A DNA stretch of 64,000 nucleotides from Camelus ferus (GCF_009834535.1 NC_045701.1:69068001-69132000); one strand, 5' to 3'; numbered from the stretch's first letter, positions 47,472-62,700 are shown. The notes: a model not told the origin generated them from the sequence alone. Program-made: numbers and translations.

Positions 47472-50400
47472 AAAAGTAGGTTGAAGTTAAAGTAATCCTA
47501 AATTGTGAGGGACAACTTCAAGGGAAAAAAAAAGCTGTGCTTGCATATTATCCTGCTTCCTCAATGCCCCACAAACTTAAAAAGCACTAGAATGTTACAT
47601 TTTCAGTTCAAAGATCATTCAAGTGATAGGTTTAAGATGTCTGTTTTCCTCCCCAACCAAAAAAAAAAAAAAAAAAAAAAAAAGTTTGTTTTCCTACTTA
47701 ACTGGTACATCTGAGCTTTTGTAATTCTTAAAATTTTAAAACTTTTTGGCATTCAAACTTCTTCTGTAGGCATGCTATTTCTTCTTTAACCTGTAGGTTT
47801 GTACATTTTTACATTTGCTTCCATTTATTTGAAATTCCAAGAGGAAGATTTATCATCTATGAAAACAAACAAATCTCCAGACACACTGCTTTTGGCACAA
47901 TATAAGCACCTGGCACAGCAGATTGGAGTGTTTGTTAGATGAATGTTTGGTAACAGGGGGACAAGACATCTAGAAATTTCTGCATAGTAAAAATATAAAA
48001 AGAAAATAAAAATCACAAATTTTTGTGGACTAACATGATCTGAGAAGAATAACATCTGAAGACTTCCAAGTTTCTGCAAGCTTTTCCATACAGCATTAGA
48101 AAGGATATTAATACAAGGGGAAGCTTCACTGAGTAAGATAAATAGGAAATTGGCACTAGTCTCCCAGAAATTCTATCTTTTAAAATAAAAATACATGTTT
48201 GCCTATGTAAAATTATTATACAACACTTGCTCCAAGTCTCCTGGATAGGGTTAGTCTGGACAATTTTAAAGAACTTCTTGAATCGAAAGTTCAGAAGTGG
48301 TCAATTTCCCCTCAAAGTTCAAAAGTCTAAGCATGTCCAGAAAAGCAATCAATATACATAAAATTTCATTTTAGTCATAAAGGGCACAGGGAAATAAGGA
48401 TCTTTTAGAGATATGCAAAAGGGTTTCATAAACTTTAAAATATTGAATATAACAAATGGTTATGATGATTATTGTGAGATTCAATTTGACCACATATTGA
48501 AGACTAAGTTGTTTTAATGAATATTTATTCCAGAAATGCTTTTTGAGTGGCTATGATGTGCCGGACACTGCATAGATATTCAAGTGGTAATCTGTTTCCT
48601 ATTTCTGGTGAAAATAAAAACTAATAAAATTTTATTAAATAGTCCTCAAATAATCATGCTTATGGTTTATAATCTCCTTGGTTCAAAACAAAAAGGTGAG
48701 ATGAAACAAAAAGACTTACTCAACTAAAAACTCTGTTTTAAAACTAGACAGTGAATAGTTGGCTATTTCTGGGATTACAAGTGATTTTATGCACTGTTTT
48801 TGTTCATTTGCATTTTATAGAATGAATATATACTACCTATATAAAGAAGAGATGTTTCTAATTAAAAACAGGTTGAAAAAAAATAACTAGACAGTTAAGA
48901 GGACTGACTGCTCATCAAAACAACTAAATACCACACTTCTTAATCATCTTCTGGGCAAACTTAACCATCCCTAGTTTCTCCTTATTTAGAGTAAACATGA
49001 AAACATACTCTGAATTAAAAGACTTTCCAAAGGCTCATTCCACAGTTCCCTTTGAAACGTTATATAAATTGTAAGATTTTAATAACTAAAGTTTGTTTCA
49101 GGCCTACCTAGTCTATTCACTGACTTGTCTGTTGTTTTCAGTCATTAGTATTACGATGTTTAAAATATTCTTTAATGACTAGCAGAGAAAATCACTGTAT
49201 TACTTTTTTCAGTGTTCTTAGATAATCTTACCTTATTCTTCTAGTGAATTTAGAATTACTTTGTTAAAGAAGAGACTGAATTTAAACTTCTTGGAAAATT
49301 AAATTATCTGAGGCTGTATTTAACTGGAGAATATATTCAGGCAGACATGGAATTCTATAAAGTTCCTTTAACATTTATGATGATTAACTGGAGAGCACAG
49401 AGAGACTAAGGAAGGCTTCAATTATTTAAGAATTTAAATCACCAAAATCTGAGGTAACGTGCATCTATGTGTACATATGTCTATATATTGGGGTCTTTTT
49501 CTAGTTTTTGGCATACTATAATTATTTTTCTCCTTTCCTTTCTATGACAGATTCAGACATTTGTTCTAAAATATGATCCACTTCTCTGAGTTCATTGCTT
49601 CTTTAATTTTGTATCTTTTATTTTGAGGAATTATATGTAAGAGGTCATATAGAATGTACCAAGAAGCAGAAAAGTTTTGATTACTAAGCAAATTGAAAAA
49701 AAAAAAAAAAGTACTCATTAGTAGCCAAAGTTGCGGCAGCCCACCACACCAGCAAATCCAAAGCAACAAGTATTTAATGCTGTTTGGGGCAAGGGCATGC
49801 AAAAGTAATGCTTAAAGCTTTCACAGAAAAGGGGGAAAGGCCACACACTGGAGAGAAGGAAGGCTGTGAAGAGGGCTGTCAGAGCTTATGAAACAGTCTT
49901 TAAATCTATCCAAAATATGAAGTTAACACTTTAACCTGAAACTTTATCAACTCTGAACCCATTCTCTCCTTTTATGAAACACACAGGCATGTGCTTGGGA
50001 TGAGTTCTATGGCATAACAGGCAAAGTAAACATTATTTATCCTGGAAAAGGACTCTCCATTTCGAGTACGTGCTGAAGTTTGTGCACAAGGCAGGGGAAA
50101 TACATAGTTTGTCAGAAGAGAAGGAAACCGAGGAGCAGCAGTCACGATAATTAAGTTCCCCCCAAATGTAACCCTCACAAGCCAATAACACAGATATCTC
50201 TACTTTCTACTTTTTCCTGGAAAGCTGTTTCTTATAGTAGATTTAAAATCAGTAATTTATAACTGAATTATCACAGTTAGGTTAAAACGCTAACTGAAAT
50301 AGTTTAATCCTGGTTTTAGGATATTATTCTTCTATAAGAACTCATACCATGTGTTTAACATGGGTTCTGAATCAAAAATATCTTTTAGATAATGTCTGGC

Positions 50401-50594
50401 CTAAAACAGAAGTTGGTCTTTGTAACTTACACCTTTGGATGAACAACACAAGGTGCTCGTTATTAGTGAGCCCACATCTTCTGCCTTAAGAGAAACACTG
50501 TTCTTACTGGATAGTGGGTCACTAAAATTTACTGAGCAAAATCTTTTAATATTTACAGCATATAGATCAACACTGGCAACCATCAAATACATAC

Positions 50595-50669
50595 AGCTTT
50601 CAATCTTTTTACAGCATCTTCACAGATGTGCATTCCTCTCGATTCATCAACTTCCACATGGCCAAGGTA
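50595..50669 (-). CDS. NUMB: NUMB coding exon (~5), PTB domain YLGHVEVDESRGMHICEDAVKRLKA
   Basis: ctacag acceptor, GCT|gtatgt donor, 75 nt. Confidence 0.97.
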
Positions 50670-52449
50670 CTGTAGAAAGAAGAGAAAAGTTAGGGCTATT
50701 GTTACGTTTACTGAGTAGCTGTTGTATGGTAGGTATTATGCGGCAGAAAACTGAATATTATATTTCTGCACTCAAGAAACTCACAGCCATTATAGAAGAG
50801 TTAAGATAATGTTACTTTAATTACCCTCAGGTTTTCATATGAATGAGATTCAGAATAAAGGTCTCAAAGAGTTGTTATAGAGGAGTAGGTGAAAAGGTAC
50901 ATGATAAACACTAAATGCTGCCTAATTACTGGATCTGAGGCATAACCGCCTGTGCTAGACACAGTTACTATATCTCTAGACATAAAAATAACCCTAAAAC
51001 AAAGTGTATGTGTGTGTGTGTACACCGAAAAAAGCACAAATACAACAGTTATTAAAGGGCTGAAGAGATCACAGACTCCTTTTATGGGAAACACGTAAGA
51101 GTAGTAGGGCAGAGAACTAAAACAAATTTTAAGAAGGTAGTGCATTTGAATTGTAAAAGATATGTAGAATTTGAAGATGTAGAAATGGAAAGATTAGGAA
51201 ACTATTTTAGACAGGCAGAATTAAGCTATAGGTATGGGGTAGAATAACTATATACCAGCAAGTATTCCTGTCTGGCTACAATGAGGTATATACAGCTGGG
51301 GAATCTGAATGCTGAAATGAGTCTGTACTTAATCCTAGAGGCAATGGGGCGATAATAAAGCTTTTCTGGCAAGGTAGTAATATGATTCAAATTGTACATT
51401 AGTATAGGAATAGTCCTGGGTTAGAAAGTAGAAGGGATAATGGCAGTATCTCAAGTGATCTTTTAAAAGGAAATTCAGGGTCTGGTTCTTGGTAAGATGA
51501 AGTAGACACACTTTACCCTGTCCCACCCTCTAAATGAAACCGTAAAACGTGGACAGAATACATGAGCACCTATTAGAATTCTCTGTAAAGAGCAGAAGAT
51601 GCACCAGGGAAGAACACCAGAATTCAAGGTATTTCTGAACTGGCTGGAAGTTCACCTTCTCTGCCCCTCCTCCTCTTTGGTACCTCTAGCCTGAACATAA
51701 TACAGCCAGATATCAAAATTGAGTGCTATGGCACAGAGAGAACTCTGGGAAAAGTACTCTGGCTCTGGCTCAAGAACCAGGCAAGGGAAGAGTATAGGAA
51801 TCCTCTGCCCTTTTATCTATCTCTTTTCTTTGTTCTTTCATATCCCAGCTCCCATGAAATCCAGTGGTCGTGTTGGTGGTGGTGGTGCAGGAAACCTGCA
51901 AGAGCCACACTTGGGAGACAGGGGAACCGTCTTCTTTATTTACAGTGAATGCAGTTCCAGGAAGGTGGGGCCAAAAGCCTCCTTCCCCTTCTGCTTTCCA
52001 CCCACTTCTGCTTCTCTAACTCTCCCACCAATTGGCCCTGGATGAAGGTAAATCAATGGGAATTCATAGTAGAGTACAATAACCAGAGCCCTAGGAAACA
52101 CAGGCATAGAGAGTTTAAGTACCTTGCCCAAGGTCACTCAGCTAGTCAATGCTCAAACCCAAGTAGCCCGACCCAGGACTGTCTTATATGCTCATATGTT
52201 GAATTTTTCAGTTTTACTCCTATCTTTCCAATACCAAATAAATGCATAAAACTAACATTAAAATCAATTTAGGAAACTGCTAGACTTTAGGTAACAAAAT
52301 ACCTGAGGTATCAATAATAAAGATCATAAACTAAGGACAAGATAATTAAATGTCTAAAGAATTGTAACAGCTGTAATCTTGAATAAACAATATATATAAA
52401 ACACCAAGAATGCTCACTTTTTTTTTTTTAAAGTGTCTGGAAGACTTTC

Positions 52450-53260
52450 TTAAAATTGAAGTATAGTTGACTTACAATATGTTAGTTTCTGGTGTATAGC
52501 AAAGTGACAGATATATGTTATGTCTATCTCTCTCTCTATATATATAGATGTATATTCTTTTCCATTATAGGTTATTCCAAGATACTGATTATAGTTCCCT
52601 TTGCTATACAGTAGGAACTTGTTATCCATTTTATATAGTTTGTTTCTGCTAATCCCAAATTCCTAATTTATCCTATGCCCCTTTCCCCTCCAGTAACCAT
52701 AAATTTGTTTTCTATGTCTATGAGTCTGTTTCTGTTTTGTAAATAAGTTCATTTTGTACCATTTTTTTAGATTCCACATGTAAGTGGTAACATATATTTG
52801 TCTAACTTACTTCACTTTGTATGATAATCTCTAGTCCATNNNNNNNNNNNNNNNNNNNNNNNNNNNNNNNNNNNNNNNNNNNNNNNNNNNNNNNNNNNNN
52901 NNNNNNNNNNNNNNNNNNNNNNNNNNNNNNNNNNNNNNNNNNNNNNNNNNNNNNNNNNNNNNNNNNNNNNNNNNNNNNNNNNNNNNNNNNNNNNNNNNNN
53001 NNNNNNGCTATGAACACTAAGGTGCATGTATCTTTTGGAATTAAGGTTATATTTTGGTCATTGATCCACCAAATTAATTTTTTTTATGTGGTGTGAGGTA
53101 GGGATCAAATTTCATTCTTATTTAAATGGAAATCCAATTTCCCAGTACCACTGGGTGACAAGACAATTATTTCCCATTGAGTGGACTCTGCATCCTTGTC
53201 AAAATTCAACTGGACATAGATGTATCAGACTAATTTTTATTTATCTTATTTGCTTCTTCA
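52450..53260 (-). mobile_element. L1 3' fragments spanning N gap 52840-53006
   Basis: attgaagtatagttgacttacaat...agattccacatgtaagtg is an L1 3'UTR signature; older L1 sequence follows. Confidence 0.7.
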
Positions 53261-54834
53261 ATCTGAGGATTCAAATACTGGTTTGAATTAATTCATCCTC
53301 CAGTCTAAACCTGGAACTCCCATTAGGTCTGCTAGTGCTACTGGACTTTTTAATGTGTTCATCCATGTTTCTTCACCTCTTTTTCATATTTTCTCTTCAG
53401 AACCTTCTGCTGCATTCTGGGTAACTTTATCAAATTTATTTTCCAGTTTACCAATTGCCTTTTCAGCTAGGTCTAATCCACTATTTAATCTATCTACTAA
53501 GTTCAATTTCACTAACGATATTTTTCATTTTTAGAAGCTTAGACTTGACTCTTTGTGAAATCTGTCCATTCCTTTGAAAACTTTTTTCCTTATGGTTGAA
53601 TTCCTTTTTTTATGTCTCTAATAATTTTATATATACACATTTTACAGTCTCCTTTACAGTCTACTATTTCAACTTCTTAGAGTGCTAATCCTCTTGTTGA
53701 CCTTTATTGTAGAATCTTTTGTTTCTGCTGATCATTTCCACATATGATTTATAACTTTTTAAAAATTATAAATTCATCTTCAGTGAAGCTCAATTTTTCT
53801 GGGGGAATTCATGCATTTTGGATTGTGGAGTGATTTTTACATTTGTTTCTAAAAAGTTCCCCAGGTGTATTAGTAGCCTAAGGCCTACCGTACACTAATT
53901 CGAAGATTCTTACACTATGCAGGTTATAGCATATGAAGTCCAAACCCACGGTTTTAATTTTTCCTGGGAGATTCCTTTTCTCTCTGAAGTGAGTAGAGGC
54001 AAGCTTTTTTTGTTTTTTGTTTTGTTTTGGATTTTGCTTTTCTTTTGGTTTTTGCTTTTCTTTCTAGTTCTCTATTTCGCTGATTGTAAAGAGCACTGAA
54101 GGTTCTTGTTCCATGCTGCACTCTCAGTTCTAATTCTTTACTTTTTATGAGTTCAGGACTTGCAGAATGAATGTTAAAAACAAAAGCTCTAGCTCACAAA
54201 CCCTTTCCCTCTTAGACTGCTCCATCAGCTAGCATGATTTCTGCCTTGCTCTCAAATTTCCCCTTAATTTCTGGTAATTGAAGAGAGCTGTCTTTATTGA
54301 AAGCTCAGCTACGATTTAAGAGAAAAAAAGTCTGTTTGTTTGAAAACAGAGTCAGCATTTCTAGGTATTTGTGTTGGGAGTATTTCTATGTTAGCTTAAT
54401 CCACATTCTGCCAGAATCAGACCTATAATATTTTCCAACTAAACTGACTGGTTTTTCTATTTATTGATTTCAGCCTGTCTTATAAGTAGCCAAAATTCTA
54501 GAATTTCCTATCATATAAAACATTTTTTTTGGTTGATTCTCCTGGGCAGATAGACATCCTCTGCAGAAACAAACAAGACAAAAACATTATCCAGATTTAC
54601 TACATTTATAGTTTTTATTTATTTTCTCACTCTAAGGTACTTATTACCATTTCTAAATCAGTGTTGAATAATAGTGGTGTTTAAGAGCAATCTGATCTTC
54701 CTTCTGAATTTAATGTACATGTTTTACCATTATGCATGGAGCTGGGATAGTTTTTCAATCATTTCAAGAATGTATTAGAGCTAGTTTTATTTTGCTAAGA
54801 AGATTTATCAGAATTGAATAATAACATTTTAAAC

Positions 54835-56260
54835 GTTTTTTAAAAATTGAGATGTAATCCACATCACATAGAATTAACCATTTTAAAGTGAATAATTCAG
54901 TGGTATTTAATACATTCACAATGTTGTACAATCACCACCTTTATCTAGCCCCAAGACATTTTCTTTACACCAAAAGGAAAACTGTACACTAAGCATTTGC
55001 TTCCCATTGCCCCTCCTCACAGCCCCTAGCAAACAATAACCTAAATTCTGTCTTTATGGATTAATTTATTCTGGATATTTCACATAAATGGAATCATACA
55101 ATATGTGACCTTTTGTGTCTGACACAAGTATTTCATTTAGCATACTGTTTTTGAGGTCACCACACTGTAGTATGTATGGGTACTTTATTGCTTTTTATAA
55201 CTGAGTAATAAGTATTTCCATAGTTGGTTTTTCCATTCTTCCACTGAGGAGCATTTGGGCTGTTTCCATCTTCTAGCTAGTGTTATTAATGTGATGTTAC
55301 AGATATGAGTGTACTTGTATTTACTGGAGTACCTGTTTTTTATTCTTTTGGGTATACAGCTAGCAGTGGAATTGCTGAGCCATATGGTAACTCTATGTTT
55401 AGCTTTTTGAGGAGCTGCTAAAACACTTTCCACAGAAGCTAAACCATTCTGTGCTCTCACTAGCAATGTAAGAGGGTTCTAGTTTCTTCCACATCCTCAT
55501 CAACACTTGTTTTCCTTTTTGTTTTCTATTTTTTTAAGCAGAGGCATCCAAGTGGGTATAATGAGTTACTTTATTGTGGTTTTGGTATGTATTTCCTTAA
55601 TGACTAATGGTGTTGAATATACTTTCATGTGCTTGTTGGCCATCTGTATATCATCTTTGGTTCAAGCCCTTTACCCATTTTAAAATCAGGTTCTTTTCTA
55701 TATTCTGGATACTAGACTTTTACCAGACATTTGATTTCCAAATATTTTCTCCCAGTCTGTAGTTGTCTTTTCACTTCCTTGGTAACATCCTTTGATGTAC
55801 AAATTTTTTTAACTTTAATGAAGTCCAATTTATCTAGTTTTTCTTTTTTTCTTGCTCATGCTTTTTGGTGCCATAATACTTAAGGTGGTCATGAAGGTTT
55901 ACCCCCTATGCTTTCTTCTAAGAAATTTATGGGTTTTAGTCTTATATTCAGGTTGCTGATCCATTTTGAATTAATTTTTGTATGTGGTATGAGGTAGGGT
56001 CCAACTAATTTTTGGATATCCAGTTGTTTCATCACCATTTGCTGAAGAGACTATTCTTTCCCCACTGAATGGTCTTGTACTCTTGTCAGAAGTCAACTGG
56101 CCACAGATGTTTAGGTTAATTTCTGCACTCTCAGTTCTATTCCATTATTCCATACATCTGTCCTTAATGCTAGTACTACAATGTTTTCATTACTATAGCT
56201 TTGTACTAAGTCTTCAAATCAGGAAGTGTAAGTCCTTCAACTTTGCCTGCATTGCAATGA
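54835..56260 (-). mobile_element. Old L1 3' fragment
   Basis: Antisense L1 3'UTR/ORF2-end motifs, similar to those at 1075-1990. Confidence 0.75.
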
Positions 56261-58689
56261 TAAAGTCTTTTTCCTCTTAGGCCCATCAATGTGATGACCT
56301 ATATCAAATTTCCTGTTACTAAATCGTTTGTGAGTTCTTGAGTTAAATCCTACTTTGGTCTTTAGTATACTTTTAGATCTCTCTTTTTTTTTTCTGCCTA
56401 CGTTTTCATCTTAAGTGGAGTTGATCTGTGATCTGTGATCTTTTGTTTTTGTGCTATTTTTGTTAGGTAGTTGTATCAGGATTTTGTTAATGTCATTAAA
56501 ATTTTTTGGAAACTCCTCTTTTTTTTTCTCCTATGTGCTCTGGTATAGTTAGTTAGCATAACAGTTATTCTTCAGGGTTGTGAAAGAATTGACCTGTGAA
56601 ACCATTTATACTCAGTCTTTTGGGGGAGACAGAGAAAGTTGTTAAAACCCCAAAACTATTTCCCTCATGATTAGTGGCCTATTTAACTTTTATGCTTCTT
56701 CTTTAGCTAATTTTAATAGTGTATATTTTCCTAGAACATCCTTAATCTAAATATTTAAATTTATCAGCATAAATGATACAGTATTCATATACTTGAGTCT
56801 GTAATTGGGTCTCCCCTCTTTCTTATCTTTACTATCATATATCCATGTTTTCTTTCTTTTTCTTTATTAAGGTTCATTTCTAATACTACCTCCAAATTAT
56901 TTAATCTCTTTCCACTTTATATTAATAATACAATGAAAAAGTAGGGATTTATGATCTCTGAGTTGCCTTTAGGTATTAAGAAATTAACACAGGTTTCAGA
57001 GTGTTCCAAAGGATTTTATTCTGTCATCTTGATTGATGCAACTGGTCACATATGGGTATTTAAGCCAAGAAAAAAAAGGAGGGAAGACTTGGGAGGAAGA
57101 AGAGAACAAAAATATCTCATATATGGACTCTTAGTTGCATAATCTATTTTAGAAATATGGAGATGGAAATCAGCCTTGTGTCTTCCTAGACTATGAGAAA
57201 AACATGCCAACTGAAAAAAAACATTACTGAAGAGGTCTCTTCTCTTCTCTGAGACACTATCTCACTGAAGAGTTGCAGCTGATTTATGCTTTAATGGCCA
57301 AAATATTTGACACTGGGACTTCCTTTGTCCGTATAGCTTTTCCAAATTCCCTCTGAGTAAGGGACTTTTATTCACAAAACTGTAGTTTAGAAAAACTAGT
57401 ATGTGGAATTTCATTCTTGGATGAATTAAGTCATTTTTCCTTTTCTTGAAAAAAATTATTTAAAAAGTAGATTCTCCCCCTGCTTTGGTACTGTTATCCA
57501 TAGAGAAGAAATGCAGAGCTCTGATGTGAGAGACTGTACAGTCAGCAGTTCCTAACATTAACAAAAAGTGACATAATAATCATTAATTTATAAGAAGCTA
57601 TAAGGCATATTATCATACATACATAGCCTATGTTATATAGAAAATATAGGACACAGATGTGCAGAACATGACATCAAACTTGTTTGGGGTCTTTAATCAA
57701 AAATGAGTAGTTAAATGAAACTAAAATGAACAACCTTTAAGTACAAACCTGTAGTATAGTTACATTTGAACAAACGATCTAAACTAAGCATATATATTAA
57801 ATCAAGTCACATAAGTTTAAAGTTTACAAGAACTTAGACAGATTAAAAAACTTCACTTTCCAAATGTGACACCAGGTGTCAAAAAAGTTAACTGACTTAG
57901 ATAAGGTCATATAACTAAGTAAATTAACAGAGCCAGGAATAGAACTCTGATTTTTTGAGTTCCAGGCAGAGCTATCATCATTCAACTATCTCAACATTAC
58001 CTCTACAACCCTCCTATTTAAATAATGACCTATAGTTTATTATGCTTACATACATTAACTTAATGGTATTCTTTTTAAAAAAGAGGGTCAATCAAATGGG
58101 GGAGTCATCCATTTTGGTCACACTGCCTATCGCTGAAGTGTGGCCTGATCTTCCTAACAGCGTAGTATTTTTTCATAAATGAAATTACCCTGCCTTTCCT
58201 AATTAAACTATACTACTGCTAACCAAACAGTAAATATGGGGAATTCTGTTTTATAGAAATATTATAGCTGATAAATGAAGGGATGACAGAACTGGAGTAT
58301 CATCATTTTGCAACCCTTAATGATTTAATAATCGCAGGCAATGATCATCAATGAGTCCTGTCACCACAAAAAGACAGATAATCAGCTATTATGTGCTTTA
58401 TGATAATAGTCCACACCACCAATGAAGTATTCCTGGAAAAAAAGAAAAATCAAAACTAAATCTGATCAACTCTCTAAAACTACTAATCCACAAGAACTAC
58501 ATGAAACAGAGGAACATGTTAAACAGAATGAGTTTTTAGCATTTTCAATTTGCTGAGGGGTGAAGAATGAGAGTTCAGGATCTACTCAAAGATAGGTTCC
58601 AGTGAATACTACAGCCTCTCAGCTGGAACACCTGGAGAAGTATGCCCTAGGAGTGGAAGTAAACCAGAGGGAGACAGAGCCTTGCCAAA

Positions 58690-59490
58690 ACTGTAATTCA
58701 GCCTCTATTATGTTAATACAAAACCTGGCAAAGGCATTATAACAAAGGAAACTAACAGACCAATCTGTCTCAGAAATATAGATGTCAGATTTCTGAACAA
58801 AATATTAGCAAACGTTATCCAAGTGATATACTCAAACCCAATTTGATCATGATAGATATGGATCAAGTTGAGTTTATTTCAAGAATGAAAGGCTGGTTGA
58901 CCACTCAAAAAAAAAATCTAGTAAGTGTAATTTACCACCTAACAGAATTAAAGATAAAAACCATATAATCATTTCAATAGGTGCAAAAAAAGCTTTTGAT
59001 AAAAATTAGTTTCCATTTATAATTTTAAAATTATTTCTTAACCAAGAATAGAAGGGGACTTATTTAATCTTTGATAAACTGCGACAGGATCAGGAATGAG
59101 GCAAGGAGTTTTGGTATCACCAATTCTACTCAGTACTGTACACCAGACTCTGACAACTGCAATGAGGGAACAAAAAGAAATTAGAAGTATAAGGAGTGGA
59201 ATGTAAGAAATACAACTATAATTATTCACAGTACATATAATTGCATTCATAGAAAATCCAAAAGAATGTACAAGTAAATTACTAGAATTAATAAGTGAGT
59301 TTATTGGCAAGGTCACCAGATATAAAAGTCAACTGTTATCATTTTGCAATATATACAAATATCTAATCATTGTTTTGTATACCTGAAACTAATATAATGT
59401 TATATGTCAATCATATTTCAATTTTTAAAAGTCAATTGTATTTCTATATTAGCAATAAGCAGAAAATGAAATTTTTAAAAATATATCATT
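58690..59490 (+). mobile_element. Degenerate L1 ORF2 (RT region) fragment
   Basis: aaaacctggcaaag...acagaccaatctgtctcagaaatatagatg...aacaaaatattagcaaac is a decayed version of L1 ORF2 'KPGRD..ENYRPISLMNID.KILNKILAN'. Confidence 0.7.
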
Positions 59491-59519
59491 TATAACAGAA
59501 GCAAAACTGAATGTCTGAT

Positions 59520-61060
59520 GATAACCTCCATTCACAAATTTACTCTTCTACAAACAGTCTTCCCCAAAACAACATATGGCAACTCTACTCTTCCAATTGC
59601 TCAGGATCAAAACTTTGGCACCATTCTTGATTTCTCTTTCTCTCTGTGATACTTCATAAATCTAATCCATCAATAAATGCTTCATCAATCTAATCCATCA
59701 ATAAATGCTACCATCTCTATCTATAAAATACATCCAGAATCTGATGCCTTGTCACCACTCCCACTACTACCACCCTGACGTTAGCCACCATCATCTTTTG
59801 CCTGGATTTTTGCAGTGGTCTCTATACTGCTCTCTCTGCTTTCATCCTTGCTCTTCTACAATTGATTCTCAGTACAAGACTCAGAGAACCTTTTAAAATA
59901 TAAGTCATACAAAGTCATTCCTCTGCTCAAGACTCTCCATTGGCTTCCCATTTTACTCTAAATAAAAGTTAAAGTCCTTAAAGTAGTCTACAAGGCCCTA
60001 CACTAGTGGTTTTTCAAAGGGAGGTTTAGGAAATGTATGGGGGCATTTTTGGTAATGACTGGGAAAATTACTGGTAGGTAGTGAGCAATGGGCCACAGAT
60101 GACAGACAGCCTGCTTCTTGTATGACATTTCAATGCCCTACTGGACATTCACTTGTAATAGATTAAAAAACCTACTTGGAATTATTTTAGATTAGATCCT
60201 AACTCCATTTTACATACACACAGTATTTTTTGCACAAATGCAACTGCTGTGTCAATCAATGGGAAGACTATACTCTGGTAAGAATTTTTACCACAAGTTG
60301 TTTACCATTTCAGAAGACACTACCACCATTTGCAATCCATTTGTGCTATACGAGTTACCGATATATTATATCAGTCTATATTTGCAGCTATCTCATTCTA
60401 TGTAAAGATGTACTATGTTAGGTCTTTTAGTATAGTTACGTTCAATTATTTTACTAAAAATTTCTTTTGTTTCTTCTTTGTATATTTAATTATGTAAGCA
60501 TAAGCAGGTTATACTATGTATACATTTTATTTAGTACAGTATAAGGAGTATAAAATATTTGTAATAAAAATGCAGGTGATAGGTCTGACAGTATTGGAAA
60601 GTACTAAGCTACATGCATAACCGGGCACCCTGCTACTTACCGGATCTCATCTCTACTTGTGCCATCTGCTCTGAAAACACTGGCCTCCCTGTTGTGCCTC
60701 CAACACACCAGGTATTCTCCTGCCCTGGAGCCTCTGCAGTTGCAGCCCCCTCTGTCTACAATCTGCTTCCTCAGGAACCTGAATGCTTGCTTTCTTACTT
60801 TCTTTGGGTCTTTGCTCAAAAGTCACATTTTTCAGCGGGGGCTTCCCTGACCATACTAATTTAAATCTCACCCTCTTCCCTAACCCCTACTTCCCTTTTT
60901 ATATAGCAGGTACTCTGTATATATTTAATTGTTCATTGTTAACTCCCACTAGAATGTACACACTGTGCAGGAATTTTGTCTGTTTTGTTCCCTGTGTTCC
61001 CAGTGCCTAGAATATTGCCTGATACACAGCCGGCACTCAGTATCTTTTGAATATATCAAT
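59520..61060 (+). mobile_element. L2 relic split by a hAT-like insertion (~60004-60600)
   Basis: Pyrimidine-rich L2 body ending cccagtgcctagaatattgcctgatacacag...gaatatatcaatgaat. Confidence 0.55.
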
Positions 61061-62509
61061 GAATTATGGACTCATAAAGAAGAAAATGTAACACATTACT
61101 TCTTGCTACATTAATAAGAGTCATAACAATGAAAACATTTATAATCAACTCAAGACAAAGAAAGGGAGACAATTTATGGTTGTAGGACAGAATGTAAGTG
61201 TTACTGACCTACACAATGTTAAAAATAAAACTATGGCTGATTTAAGTTTGAAGGTAAGAGAATAAAGGGTTTTTAGTATTTTTACCTTATATGGCAGTGG
61301 GGAGTCAAGGGGTACCATCTAAAATTAATAGAATAGAAACTTTACAAGTATAGGAAACCAAGGGAAAAAAACTAAAAATAATCTAATCCCAAAAGTCTGA
61401 GTGGAGAAGGGACAAAGAAGAAGGAAGGGCAGGATGTGTGGGTTAAATCATCCTTTCTCTTCTCTCTAGTGGGGAATGGATAATAAACACGGGGAAATGA
61501 AGAACAGACAGTAAAACCATATTGTCTAAAGAAATTAAAATATTACCAATGGGAAGCAGAAATTAAAATAGTTAAAAATGTCACTGTGGAGTGGGGCTAG
61601 GGGTAGGGAAGGTGTCATTTTTTAGCCACAAGCATATATCACTTTAATGAAAAAAAAATTTAAGTTTAAATTATATTCAACACTGTTTTAGTGAAGTAAT
61701 TTTTCATTAACATATTATGTTATACAATTATAATATAGTGCTTAAAAACACAACCCTCTAAATCTAGACAACTGGAGTTCAAGTCCTGGCTTCAAATAAT
61801 CAGGTATTATCAAGGATTCCCTAACAATATCACGTAACAGAACTCTTAACTGCATCTTATGTCACAAAGAAAATCAATTCTTAAGAGTCACTGAACGGAG
61901 CTGAAACTTCTTTGCAAAATATACAGCAAATCATGAGTAACTAAAATGCTTGGGAAGAATAAACCATAAAACATTTCACAATTTATGTTACAAACTTGTA
62001 TGAAATATCTCATTGCTCTGATCCAAGGACACATTTTCCCAAATTTTTAATGTTTCAGAAAGAGCAAATTATGGCATAGTTGTCATTGCCAGCACGCTAG
62101 CAACCTTAGCTGTGAGAACAATGTATCTGTTCAACTAAATGTCACTTTAGTTGATTTATTTCATACAGCTGGACATTAACTTAAGTTTTATAGCAGGAGG
62201 CAGCTTTGAAATAAAACATTATTGTGTATGCAGAAGATTGTTACACTCAGGCAATAAAATTATAAGCAGCAGAAAATCTCTTGGGATGAACAGAATTTTT
62301 AAAGGTAGGAGAGGTTGGTGACCAATGCGTAAGTAATTCCTCAGGCATCAAACATCTATATTGTAAAAGCTCTGGTTCCTATTTAAGAGAAGATATTTAA
62401 CTTGCAGTGTCAAAAAATCAATTAAGGGAAAATAACCTAAGAAATAAATGCAGATTAAAAACTCCAGTATTCAGCTGGCATCTAACCAATAACAAGAGCG
62501 GCAGCAGTA

Positions 62510-62700
62510 AAACATTTATGGTGCACTCACTACATGACAGTGTTGTGCTTTCTCACGTACTGTACTAATTTAATTTTCATAACACTTATACTAGTTTTAG
62601 TACTAGTCCTCATTTTATAGATGAAAAATGGAGGCACAGAGAGGCTAAGTTATTAACTGGCACAGAGCAAACTCAAACTCAGGTAGTTTGGCTAAAAGTG
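62510..62700 (-). mobile_element. MIR relic
   Basis: cctcattttatagatgaaaaatggaggcacagagaggctaagt antisense MIR core. Confidence 0.6.
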
